Shown in pieces: positions 7,669-16,245 of a stretch of 32,000 nucleotides of DNA. The translations under genes and the position numbers were made by a program. Source of the DNA: Gammaproteobacteria bacterium. GTDB taxonomy: Bacteria; Pseudomonadota; Gammaproteobacteria; JBIOEC01. The stretch lies in assembly GCA_965279305.1 (NCBI GenBank), contig OZ257143.1, positions 900,001 through 932,000 of the forward strand, given 5' to 3'. The notes under the pieces are model-generated. The model made no database searches. It worked only from the letters and a program-made list of their open reading frames with translations, and had not been told where the DNA came from. Position 1 is the stretch's first letter, and every line of letters starts with the position of its first letter.

Positions 7669-8947
7669 TTTTAAAGTAGCAGATTTAAGCTTGGCCGATT
7701 GGGGTCGTAAAGAAATTCGCATTGCAGAAACGGAAATGCCTGGCTTAATGGCACTACGAAAAGAGTTTGGCAACACAAAACCCCTAAAAGGTGCACGTAT
7801 TGCGGGTTGTTTGCATATGACTATTCAAACTGCTGTGCTTATTGAAACGTTAATAGAATTAGGCGCTGAAGTGCGTTGGTCTTCTTGCAATATTTTTTCT
7901 ACACAAGATCATGCCGCCGCCGCGATTGCTGCTAAAGGTATTCCTGTATTTGCGTGGAAAGGTGAAACCGATGCAGAATATGAATGGTGTGTTGAGCAAA
8001 CTATTACAGGTCCCAACAATTGGCACCCAAATATGATTTTAGATGATGGCGGCGATTTAACCGCTATTATGCATAAACAATATCCTGAATTATTAGCTGA
8101 TGTAAAAGGTATTTCAGAAGAAACCACTACTGGTGTTCATCGTTTATATGAAATGTTTGCGGCAGGTACTTTAAAAACACCCGCCATTAACGTGAACGAT
8201 TCTGTAACCAAAGCTAAATTCGATAATTTATATGGCTGCCGTGAATCCTTAGTGGATGGTATTAAACGCGCTACCGACGTGATGATTGCAGGAAAAATAG
8301 CCGTCGTTTTAGGTTATGGCGATGTAGGTAAAGGTTGTGCGCAATCCTTACGTGGTTTAGGTGCTACCGTTTGGGTAACCGAAATTGATCCTATCTGTGC
8401 GTTACAAGCGTCAATGGAAGGTTATCGCGTAGTCACACTTGAAGATGTCGCTTCTTTAGCCGATATTTTTGTAACCGCTACGGGTAACGTGCATGTGATT
8501 GGCCATGATCATATGAAACGCATGAGAGATCAGGCCATTGTTTGTAATATTGGACACTTCGATTCTGAAATTGATGTGGCTTCTTTAAAACAATACGAAT
8601 GGGAAAATATTAAACCTCAGGTAGATCATATTATTTTCCCTGATGGCAAGCGCATTATTTTACTAGCTGAAGGCCGTTTAGTGAATTTAGGTTGTGCTAC
8701 AGGGCACCCTAGTTTTGTGATGTCGAATTCTTTTTCTAACCAAGTGTTAGCACAAATGGAATTATGGCAGCACTCAGAAAAATATAAAATTGGTGTTTAT
8801 ACATTACCTAAAAAATTAGATGAAAAAGTAGCTCGTTTGCATTTAGGCCGGATCGGGGCTAAATTAACAGAGTTAACATCAGAGCAGGCTGCTTATATTG
8901 GAGTTGATAAGCAAGGGCCTTATAAACCTGATTATTACCGTTACTAA
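7661..8947 (+). CDS. ahcY: Adenosylhomocysteinase (S-adenosyl-L-homocysteine hydrolase)
   Basis: [30 protein letters not shown]..., NAD site GYGDVGKG and C-terminus [10 protein letters not shown]. The ATG at 7661 overlaps the metK stop by 8 nt (ATGTCTGA). Confidence 0.97.
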   Translation: MSDFKVADLSLADWGRKEIRIAETEMPGLMALRKEFGNTKPLKGARIAGCLHMTIQTAVLIETLIELGAEVRWSSCNIFSTQDHAAAAIAAKGIPVFAWKGETDAEYEWCVEQTITGPNNWHPNMILDDGGDLTAIMHKQYPELLADVKGISEETTTGVHRLYEMFAAGTLKTPAINVNDSVTKAKFDNLYGCRESLVDGIKRATDVMIAGKIAVVLGYGDVGKGCAQSLRGLGATVWVTEIDPICALQASMEGYRVVTLEDVASLADIFVTATGNVHVIGHDHMKRMRDQAIVCNIGHFDSEIDVASLKQYEWENIKPQVDHIIFPDGKRIILLAEGRLVNLGCATGHPSFVMSNSFSNQVLAQMELWQHSEKYKIGVYTLPKKLDEKVARLHLGRIGAKLTELTSEQAAYIGVDKQGPYKPDYYRY

Positions 8948-8994
8948 ACAACACATAGTAGTAGTAAAAAAATTGCAGGTGCAATATGTCAGAA

Positions 8995-9115
8995 ATTCCA
9001 CCTCTACCGGTGAAACGAAGGAGGGATCTGCTTGGGTATGAGACTGAAGGGGCTGATCCTCTGCGAACTCAACCAGGCACGCGTTCGTACATAAAGCAAT
9101 CGTCCCCGTTTCCAT
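8995..9115. other. GC-rich, hairpin-forming intergenic segment (candidate bioA leader or small RNA; family unknown)
   Basis: Positions 9001-9110 are 60/110 G+C by hand count, against 16/50 for 8951-9000. Helices: 9001-9005/9020-9024, the competing 9021-9028/9055-9061, and 9063-9068/9083-9088. The segment sits between the ahcY stop and the conserved BioA start. Confidence 0.3.
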
Positions 9116-9141
9116 TAATTAGTAATCTTAATGGTGGTTTG

Positions 9142-10503
9142 ATGTTAGGTTTTACTCAGCAGCAATTAGTTGAGCGTGATTTACAAGTAGTGTGGCACCC
9201 ATGCACTCAAATGCATGATCATGAAACTATCCCTCTTATTCCTATCAAACGTGCTCAAGGCGTTTGGCTAGAAGATTACAACGGAAAACGTTATTTAGAT
9301 GCTGTCAGTTCTTGGTGGGTGAATTTATTTGGACATAACAATCCTCGCATTACCAAAGCTTTGCAAGATCAAGTGCGACAATTATCGCATGTGATGTTTG
9401 CAGGGTTTTCTCATGAACCCGGAATATTATTAGCAGAACAATTAACAACGTTAGCACCAGAAGGCTTAACACGATGTTTTTATGCCGATAGCGGATCTAA
9501 TGCCATAGAAGCCTCATTAAAAATGAGCTTTCATTATTGGCAAAATAAAGGATACAAAGACAAAAAGAAGTTTATTCATTTGAGTAATTCTTATCATGGG
9601 GAATCATTAGGTGCTTTATCGGTATCTGGTGTGTCTTTATATAAAAAAACCTACGAACCTCTCTTTAAAGAAACCATCAGTGTAACTTCACCTGATTGTT
9701 ATGATTGCCCTCCGGGAGAAACCTGGAAATCATATAGCACTCGTATGTTTGAAGAAATGGAAAGAACTTTATTAATTCATGCTGATAAAACTTGCGCGGT
9801 GATTGTAGAGCCATTAGTGCAATGCGCTGGCGGCATGCGTATGTATCATCCTGTGTATTTAGAGTTATTACGCGAAGCGTGCACACGACATAATGTACAT
9901 TTAATTGCCGATGAAATTGCAGTTGGTTTTGGGCGAACAGGTACTTTATTTGCGTGTGAGCAAGCCAATATTACCCCTGATATTTTATGCTTATCAAAAG
10001 GTTTAACGGGCGGGTATTTACCTTTGTCTGTGGCGTTAACAACGGATGATATTTATGAAGCGTTTTATAGCGAATATAAAGACATGAAAGCGTTTTTACA
10101 TTCGCATAGTTACACCGCGAACCCTTTAGCTTGCCGTGCGGCTTTAGCCACATTGGATATTTTCACCTCTTCTCCTGTGCTTGAAAAAAATAGATTATTG
10201 AGTGAGCATATGGAAAAAGCGATACAAATATTTTGTGATCATCCGCATGTAGGTGATGTAAGACAAGCAGGAATGATCACCGCGATTGAATTAGTGAAAA
10301 ATAAAGAAACGCGCCAGCCTTTTGATTGGAAAGAACGCCGTGGTTTGCGGGTGTATCAATATGCTTTAGAGCATGGAATATTATTACGCCCATTAGGTAA
10401 CGTGGTTTATTTTATGCCGCCTTATGTGATCACTACCGAAGAAATTGATCATCTCGTAAAAATAGCTTGGGAAGCCATTAATAAAGCGACTTACGATAGA
10501 TAA
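9142..10503 (+). CDS. bioA: Adenosylmethionine-8-amino-7-oxononanoate aminotransferase
   Basis: Class-III PLP aminotransferase. Motifs VVWHPCTQM, ADEIAVGFGRTG and the PLP-lysine motif LSKGLTGGYLPLS. The conserved N-terminus begins at MLGFTQQQLVERDL (ATG 9142). The 52 residues added by the track start 8986 are non-conserved and lie in the GC-rich segment. Confidence 0.93.
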   Translation: MLGFTQQQLVERDLQVVWHPCTQMHDHETIPLIPIKRAQGVWLEDYNGKRYLDAVSSWWVNLFGHNNPRITKALQDQVRQLSHVMFAGFSHEPGILLAEQLTTLAPEGLTRCFYADSGSNAIEASLKMSFHYWQNKGYKDKKKFIHLSNSYHGESLGALSVSGVSLYKKTYEPLFKETISVTSPDCYDCPPGETWKSYSTRMFEEMERTLLIHADKTCAVIVEPLVQCAGGMRMYHPVYLELLREACTRHNVHLIADEIAVGFGRTGTLFACEQANITPDILCLSKGLTGGYLPLSVALTTDDIYEAFYSEYKDMKAFLHSHSYTANPLACRAALATLDIFTSSPVLEKNRLLSEHMEKAIQIFCDHPHVGDVRQAGMITAIELVKNKETRQPFDWKERRGLRVYQYALEHGILLRPLGNVVYFMPPYVITTEEIDHLVKIAWEAINKATYDR

Positions 10504-10508
10504 GCTTT

Positions 10509-11576
10509 TTAAAGGCTTGGATAGTCGGTATATCCTTTAGTTCCTGGTGTGTAGAAAGTACCCAGATGCGCTTTATTCAGCGGCATATCTTTTTTGAATC
10601 GTTCCACCAGATCAGGATTCGGGATATACAGAACGCCAAATGAAATTAAATCTGCCACTCCTTCTTCTATTGCTAGATTTCCTGTTTTATAGTCAAATCC
10701 ACCATTAGCAATAATTAAACCGTCAAAATTATCTTTCACTAGTTTAAATGCATCCACATTTGGATCAGGTGATCGTATTACATGAACATAAGCCAAATTT
10801 AAGGGATTAATGGCTTTCAATAATTCAGTGTATGTTTCTAAGGGATTTTCATCATGCATATCATTAAATTGACTGGCGGGTGAAATACGTAGCCCAACTC
10901 TATTAGAACCTGCAACGCTAATCATCGCTTGAAGTGCTTCTACCACAAATCGAATACGGTTTTGAACAGAACCTCCATATTGATCGGTTCGCACATTGGA
11001 ATTACTGGATAAAAACTGCATAGGTAAATAGCCATTAGCTGCATGAAATTCTACACCATCGAATCCGCTTTCCAATGCGTTGAGTGTTGCTTGTTTGTAT
11101 TCGTTAATAACATCAGGTATTTCTTCGGTGCGCAGAGCTCTAGGAGTGTCCATATCATGAAATCCGGACTGATCAGTAATCATTTTGCCGGCTGCTTTTA
11201 TGGCAGAAGGAGCCACTGTTTCTGCATTCACGGGTTTATTTAAAGAATGTGCAATACGTCCTACATGCATTATTTGCATAAATATATGACTGTCAGCATC
11301 ATGAACCGCTTGTGTGATTTTTTTCCACACTTGCATTTGATCCTGATTATAAATACCGGGAACTCGAGCATACCCGTTACCATTAGCAGAAGGCGCTGTT
11401 CCTTCAGTAATAACTAACCCAGCGTTGGCTCGTTGGCTATAATATTCCGCGGTAAAATCCGCTGGAACACCCATACTATTTGCGCGGCATCGTGTCATAG
11501 GTGCCATTACAATACGGTTTTTGAGTGTGATATTTCCCATCGTAATGGGATCTAATAGTGGGGTAGACGATGTCAT
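10509..11576 (-). CDS. NADH:flavin oxidoreductase, Old Yellow Enzyme family (alkene / N-ethylmaleimide reductase-like)
   Basis: NRIVMAPMTRCRA, GFDGVEFHAANGYL and RTDQYGGS are typical OYE/NemA motifs. 355 aa. Confidence 0.88.
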   Translation of the reverse strand: MTSSTPLLDPITMGNITLKNRIVMAPMTRCRANSMGVPADFTAEYYSQRANAGLVITEGTAPSANGNGYARVPGIYNQDQMQVWKKITQAVHDADSHIFMQIMHVGRIAHSLNKPVNAETVAPSAIKAAGKMITDQSGFHDMDTPRALRTEEIPDVINEYKQATLNALESGFDGVEFHAANGYLPMQFLSSNSNVRTDQYGGSVQNRIRFVVEALQAMISVAGSNRVGLRISPASQFNDMHDENPLETYTELLKAINPLNLAYVHVIRSPDPNVDAFKLVKDNFDGLIIANGGFDYKTGNLAIEEGVADLISFGVLYIPNPDLVERFKKDMPLNKAHLGTFYTPGTKGYTDYPSL

Positions 11577-11602
11577 GATCTTAGTCCTTTTTTTAATAGC
11601 TA

Positions 11603-12697
11603 TTAGGTCATCTTTAAAGCCTGCAAGCGTTTTTCTTGTAAAGCTGCTTGAATTTCATAACCTTTCAACCCTTGCTCTACAAACTCTGTCGGTTTGACCG
11701 CATTGGTAATTTCATACGCTTTTTGTAGTTTATGAATAGTCGTTTTTTTATCAGGTGAAATAGCTTCACATGCCATTAGCATTTCTTGAAAACGCTCTGC
11801 GCGACGCCACGCATCTAAATTCCCCAGCAATGTTAGCAATGCTTCTGGTGACAGATCGGATGCTATTATTTGCGAATGATATTCTCGCACTTTTAAACCT
11901 AAATCTTGATATTCATTAGGCACTTTGTATTGCTGGCATAATTCTTTCGCTTTAGCTACGTGAAGTAAAGTAGCAGCAAAACGAATTTTAGGATCGCTGG
12001 TAATAGCCGAAACCTCTTTCAATAATGTTAATACCTTGTGCAATACCGTATCGATATCGGGAAATAATTTTACGAGAGCGCCACATTGGTGAAGCACTTC
12101 TAAAAATATATCAGGTTTCGTTTCTATTAATGATTGTTGCCATTCTTGCCAGACTCGTTCAGGTACTAGTTCATTAATTTCACCAGCGTTTACCATTTCT
12201 TGCATAAACTGGATAGTTTCTTTAGCAACAGTGAACTTAAGCTCTGCAAAACGTGCAGCAAAACGTGCTACGCGTAAAATGCGAACGGGATCTTCTTTAA
12301 ATGCATCCGAAATATGATGTAGAGAATGTTTTTTAATATCGTTTTGGCCATGGTAAGGATCGATAATGCTAATGATATGGCCGCTGCCATCTACGGCTGC
12401 CGCCATGGCATTAATGGTAATGTCACGGCGTAGTAAATCTTGTTCTAACGTGACATCGGGTGCAGCATAGCATTCAAAACCATAATAGCCTTTACCCACT
12501 TTGCGTTCAGTGCGGGCGAGGGCATATTCTTCATGAGTTTGAGGATGTAGAAAAACAGGAAAGTCTTTACCCACTTTGATAAAGCCTTGCGATAGCATTT
12601 CGGCTTCTGTGCTGCCAACCACCACCCAGTCTTTTTCTTTGATGGGTAAGCCTAAGAGATGATCGCGTACGGCTCCGCCGACTAAATAAATTTCCAT
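11603..12697 (-). CDS. cca: CCA-adding tRNA nucleotidyltransferase (short form, HD motif not evident)
   Basis: MEIYLVGGAVRDHLLG..KDWVVVG, RRDITINAM and EDPVRILRVARFAARF are class-II nucleotidyltransferase head/neck motifs. 364 aa. Confidence 0.9.
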   Translation of the reverse strand: MEIYLVGGAVRDHLLGLPIKEKDWVVVGSTEAEMLSQGFIKVGKDFPVFLHPQTHEEYALARTERKVGKGYYGFECYAAPDVTLEQDLLRRDITINAMAAAVDGSGHIISIIDPYHGQNDIKKHSLHHISDAFKEDPVRILRVARFAARFAELKFTVAKETIQFMQEMVNAGEINELVPERVWQEWQQSLIETKPDIFLEVLHQCGALVKLFPDIDTVLHKVLTLLKEVSAITSDPKIRFAATLLHVAKAKELCQQYKVPNEYQDLGLKVREYHSQIIASDLSPEALLTLLGNLDAWRRAERFQEMLMACEAISPDKKTTIHKLQKAYEITNAVKPTEFVEQGLKGYEIQAALQEKRLQALKMT

Positions 12698-12766
12698 GAA
12701 GTGCCTTATTAATTCGTAGACTAATTAAAGCAGATTGTGGATAAGAATACCAGGCACTCTAGTTGC

Positions 12767-13240
12767 TTAACCCGGTAGGTACGGTTGAGCTGTCCCTGGC
12801 ATTGGAACTGGCGCGGTCAAATCGAGGGGTATGATCTCAACGTCATTGGGGTCAAATGGAAATTGTTCGGCATCAACCGTAACATTAATTAGCCGGGCTA
12901 TATGAGGTATTAAAGAGACTAAGGAATCCTCTTCATCTGAAAGTCTGATTAATATACGCATACATTGTGGCAATGAGTGCAGATCTTCAGGGTAGTACTT
13001 TGGATCAGTAGGAGCAGATTTTAACATTTGATAGCTTTGATTTAAGTGTTCGCCAAAAAATGTGTCTGTTGTTTCAAAATTAATAGAGGGATCAGAACCA
13101 TCTGGATACGTTAATAGAAAAAGAGAGCTTATAGAGGAGTCAGGATCATTATTAAAATATACAATACCGCACTCTTCACCACTTTCTAGTTCTCTCATTG
13201 GAATCAGACGGGCACCAACATTATGGGTATACCAAACCAT
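12767..13240 (-). CDS. Hypothetical protein, small and strongly acidic
   Basis: 157-aa ORF with GGAG 9 nt upstream of the ATG. I recognise no motif. By my count it has 24 D/E versus 7 K/R. It is transcribed divergently from the Fur-box promoter region. Confidence 0.55.
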   Translation of the reverse strand: MVWYTHNVGARLIPMRELESGEECGIVYFNNDPDSSISSLFLLTYPDGSDPSINFETTDTFFGEHLNQSYQMLKSAPTDPKYYPEDLHSLPQCMRILIRLSDEEDSLVSLIPHIARLINVTVDAEQFPFDPNDVEIIPLDLTAPVPMPGTAQPYLPG

Positions 13241-13308
13241 CGTTCACTTCTCCGGTATTAATAATATTCTTAGTTTACTGACTTTATGCTAGCCTGTCAA
13301 ATATCCAG

Positions 13309-13337
13309 TTGATTTTTATGACCCCCTCGAATATTAT
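13309..13337 (+). promoter_or_regulatory. Sigma70-type promoter candidate for the cytochrome c/FTR1 gene
   Basis: TTGATT (13309-13314), a 17-nt spacer, then TATTAT (13332-13337). It lies 70 nt upstream of the ATG at 13407. Confidence 0.5.
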
Positions 13338-13343
13338 ATGAAC

Positions 13344-13362
13344 GATAATGAGAATCGTTACT
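13344..13362. promoter_or_regulatory. Fur box
   Basis: GATAATGAGAATCGTTACT matches the 19-bp consensus GATAATGATAATCATTATC at 15/19 positions. It starts 7 nt downstream of the -10 candidate and sits upstream of an iron permease gene. Confidence 0.75.
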
Positions 13363-13406
13363 ATTTGGGAATAACCCTCAGTTTAACCCCGCTATTTGGA
13401 GATCTT

Positions 13407-15284
13407 ATGGCTAAGCGTCTTTTAAGTTTTATGTTCGCTCTCTCTGCCGTTTTTATCACCTCGGTGGCTATGGCCGATCCCCAAGAAATTGTTCAGCTCG
13501 CTGATTATGTGAGCGTGGATTACCCCGATGCTATCAAAGATGGCAAGATCATCAATGAAGCTGAATATAAAGAGATGGAAGAGTTTTCAAAGCGAATTAG
13601 CTACTTAGGAAATGAAAACAAACTAAGCCCTAACGATTTAAGAAACATGAAGGAATTAGAATTATTAATTCAAAATAAAGTAGAACCCAGCCGAGTAGCA
13701 GAAAAAGCGCGCGAAATCAGTTTAATAGTAGCAAGACAATTTAATTTAATTACTCCACCCAAATCCGTTCCTGATTTAGCCGCTGCTGCCACTTTGTATC
13801 AACAAAATTGCATGAGCTGCCATGGAGAATTAGGAAAAGGGGATGGTCCATTAGCAGGTCATCAAGATCCTATGCCGACTAATTTTCAAGATCTGAATCG
13901 TGCCAAACTTAGAAGCATTAATGGTTTATATAATACGATCACCATGGGTGTTGCTGAAACCGGCATGGTGTCATATGCTGAGCAGTTGAGTGATGATCAA
14001 CGTTGGGGTTTAGCATTTTATGTCAGCCAATTATTTGCTAGCGAAGAGCAATTGAAAAAAGGCGCAGAAGAATGGAAGCAATTAAAAGATAAAAATCAAT
14101 TCACACCCGATCGCATTATCAGTCGTACATTAGGTGAAGAAGAAGCTGCAGGTGTATCCGTTGATTTAATCACTTATTTACGTCATAACCCACAAGTCTT
14201 ATGGGAAAACCAAAATGATAAATGGGCACTGACTCAACAATTATTAGATGAAAGTTTTAAAGCCTTATCAGCAGGCGATTCAAAACAAGCTTATACATTA
14301 GCATTACATGCCTATTTAGATGGCTTTGAATTATTAGAGCCCGTGATTGATACTTTTGATAGCAAACATAGACAAGAAATAGAAATGATGATGTTATCCT
14401 ATCGTCAAGCGGTTCAAGAAAATAATGTAATGGCAGCAGAGCAGCATTTAGCATCGTTGCAATCTGAATTAGCGCAAACCAAAATATATGTGAGTGAGCA
14501 AGAAACGCATTTCTTCTCTGTGTTTTTAAGCGCATTGATTATTTTATTGCGCGAAGGCTTGGAAATTATTTTAGTGCTTGCGGTGATGTTTGTACTAGTA
14601 AAAAAATCAGAACATAAAGAAGCCACGCCTTATATTCATAGCGGATGGATCTCCGCTATTTTAGTAGGCTTAGGTTTATGGTTTGTGTCTCACCAATTTA
14701 TTACCATTAGTGGGGCAGAGCGAGAGCTTTCTGAAGGCATATTATCTTTATTAGCTGCGGGTATTTTGTTTTATGTGGGTTTTTGGATCCACAGGCAAAA
14801 CACGGTTCAGCAATGGCAAGATAGTTTGTATGGAAAATTAAATAAAGAACTGACCAAAAAATCCTTATGGGGTTTTGGTTTTATCGCCTTTATCGCGGTT
14901 TTCAGAGAAATGTTAGAAATAGCCCTATTCTATGAAACCTTATGGTTACAAACCGGTGAGCAGCAATTAATCGCTATTGTATCGGGTATTTCAGTAGCAC
15001 TGATTATTTTATTATTAATTAACTATGCTATTAATAAGCTCAGTGTTCGCTTACCTTTCTCGCAGTTTTTCCAAGCGAGCAGCGTATTAATTATCGTCTT
15101 GTCGGTGGTGTTCTTAGGCGGTGGGTTACAAGCGCTAGTAGAAGCGGGTAATTTCCCACTCTATCAAATTAATATTCCACAAATAGAAGTATTAGGTATT
15201 TATCCTAATTTATGGATAGTATTAGCGCAGCTAACATTATTAGCTATAGGCGGATTTATTTGGTACAAACAAAAAAAATCGTAA
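13407..15284 (+). CDS. Cytochrome c / FTR1-family iron permease fusion protein
   Basis: Signal peptide MAKRLLSFMFALSAVFITSVAMA and a heme-binding CMSCH (CxxCH) in the periplasmic N-terminal half. The C-terminal half is polytopic and carries two RExxE motifs (REGLE, REMLE) characteristic of FTR1/EfeU permeases. GGAG lies 5 nt before the ATG at 13407. The track start 13338 lies inside the promoter/Fur box. Confidence 0.85.
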   Translation: MAKRLLSFMFALSAVFITSVAMADPQEIVQLADYVSVDYPDAIKDGKIINEAEYKEMEEFSKRISYLGNENKLSPNDLRNMKELELLIQNKVEPSRVAEKAREISLIVARQFNLITPPKSVPDLAAAATLYQQNCMSCHGELGKGDGPLAGHQDPMPTNFQDLNRAKLRSINGLYNTITMGVAETGMVSYAEQLSDDQRWGLAFYVSQLFASEEQLKKGAEEWKQLKDKNQFTPDRIISRTLGEEEAAGVSVDLITYLRHNPQVLWENQNDKWALTQQLLDESFKALSAGDSKQAYTLALHAYLDGFELLEPVIDTFDSKHRQEIEMMMLSYRQAVQENNVMAAEQHLASLQSELAQTKIYVSEQETHFFSVFLSALIILLREGLEIILVLAVMFVLVKKSEHKEATPYIHSGWISAILVGLGLWFVSHQFITISGAERELSEGILSLLAAGILFYVGFWIHRQNTVQQWQDSLYGKLNKELTKKSLWGFGFIAFIAVFREMLEIALFYETLWLQTGEQQLIAIVSGISVALIILLLINYAINKLSVRLPFSQFFQASSVLIIVLSVVFLGGGLQALVEAGNFPLYQINIPQIEVLGIYPNLWIVLAQLTLLAIGGFIWYKQKKS

Positions 15285-15294
15285 ATGGCTAAGG

Positions 15295-16236
15295 TCACAT
15301 TTTGCGGAAAGAGGTGTATGGATCAAACATAGCTTCTTTCCCTATGTACTGCGGTAAAATAGCATGTACCCGTTGTAACTTAATGTTAAAAAAATCGGGG
15401 AGTGATTTTTTGCAAATACTAGGAATAGTAGTGCTCAGATAATTATCCGGTGTGAGCGGTTTTCCTGGGAAAAACTGTAGTACATGAGCGGCGATATTAG
15501 AGAGAAAAGGTCCTAGTCCAATAATCCAGCGTTTTTTATTCATGGTCATGGCCGTGATTCTCACGATTTCTTTTAAGCTAAATACATCTGGCCCACACAA
15601 ATCATAAGTTTGTTCAAACGTACGTTTATCGTTAATGCTTTGAATTAATATTTTTACTACATCTTCTACATAAATAGGTGCATATAAAGAATCTGCACAA
15701 GGTAAAACTATAAAGCCAGGTGATAATTTTAATAGGTGTGAAAATTTATTAAAGAAATGATCATCATGACCAAAAATTACTGATGGTCTAAAAATAGTGG
15801 TGTGAAAATTCGAATGATTGGATTGATTCAATAATTTTTCCGTTTCCCCTTTGCTTCGTAAATATGCGCTAGGGGCTTTTGTGTCAGCATTTAATGCGCT
15901 GATATGAATAAATCGTTTAATATTTTGTTTATGACAAATATTAATTAAATGGCGAATAAGTTCTATATGTACTTTTTCAAAACGGTCATCAAAATTTTGG
16001 TTTAAAATGCCCACCAAATTAATCACCACATCGCAGCCTACTAAGCCTTGAGCTAAATCTTTAGGATCATGAATATTTAACTGAACTAAATCCAGATTGG
16101 GCAATACGCTCAAATCACGATGCTTTTCAGGCGAACGTGTAAAGACACGAATCTGACAAGGGTAGTTTGCCAGAGCATGACATAAATGATGTCCTACAAA
16201 TCCGGTGCCGCCTAAAATGCCAATGGTGGGGTTCAT
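15295..16236 (-). CDS. NAD(P)H-binding atypical SDR (NDUFA9-like / NAD-dependent epimerase-dehydratase family)
   Basis: N-terminal Rossmann motif ILGGTGFVGHHL. 313 aa with the overall layout of extended/atypical SDRs. The specific function is not assignable. Confidence 0.7.
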   Translation of the reverse strand: MNPTIGILGGTGFVGHHLCHALANYPCQIRVFTRSPEKHRDLSVLPNLDLVQLNIHDPKDLAQGLVGCDVVINLVGILNQNFDDRFEKVHIELIRHLINICHKQNIKRFIHISALNADTKAPSAYLRSKGETEKLLNQSNHSNFHTTIFRPSVIFGHDDHFFNKFSHLLKLSPGFIVLPCADSLYAPIYVEDVVKILIQSINDKRTFEQTYDLCGPDVFSLKEIVRITAMTMNKKRWIIGLGPFLSNIAAHVLQFFPGKPLTPDNYLSTTIPSICKKSLPDFFNIKLQRVHAILPQYIGKEAMFDPYTSFRKM

Positions 16237-16245
16237 AAAATATCC

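Noticed and set aside
8995-9115. Attempted identification of the GC-rich spacer as tRNA, SRP (4.5S) RNA, 6S RNA, an SAH or SAM-II riboswitch, or an RsmY/Z-type sRNA.
   Set aside because: There is no T-loop GTTCGAATC or D-loop. The SRP domain IV GGAA tetraloop with AGCAGCC context is absent, and there is no long 6S-type closing helix. Only loose resemblance to the SAH core (AGGAGCGCUGC / CAGGCUCGG) exists, and the segment lies downstream of ahcY rather than upstream. It has only two GGA motifs. None of these can be claimed without a covariance-model search.
8986-9141. The track ORF start would give BioA a 52-aa N-terminal extension (MSEIPPLPVKRRRDLLGYETEGADPLRTQPGTRS...).
   Set aside because: The conserved BioA N-terminus begins at MLGFTQQQLVERDL (ATG 9142). 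The extension has no aminotransferase similarity, and its open frame is plausibly a by-product of local GC-richness. I treated it as non-coding, though peptide evidence could overturn this.
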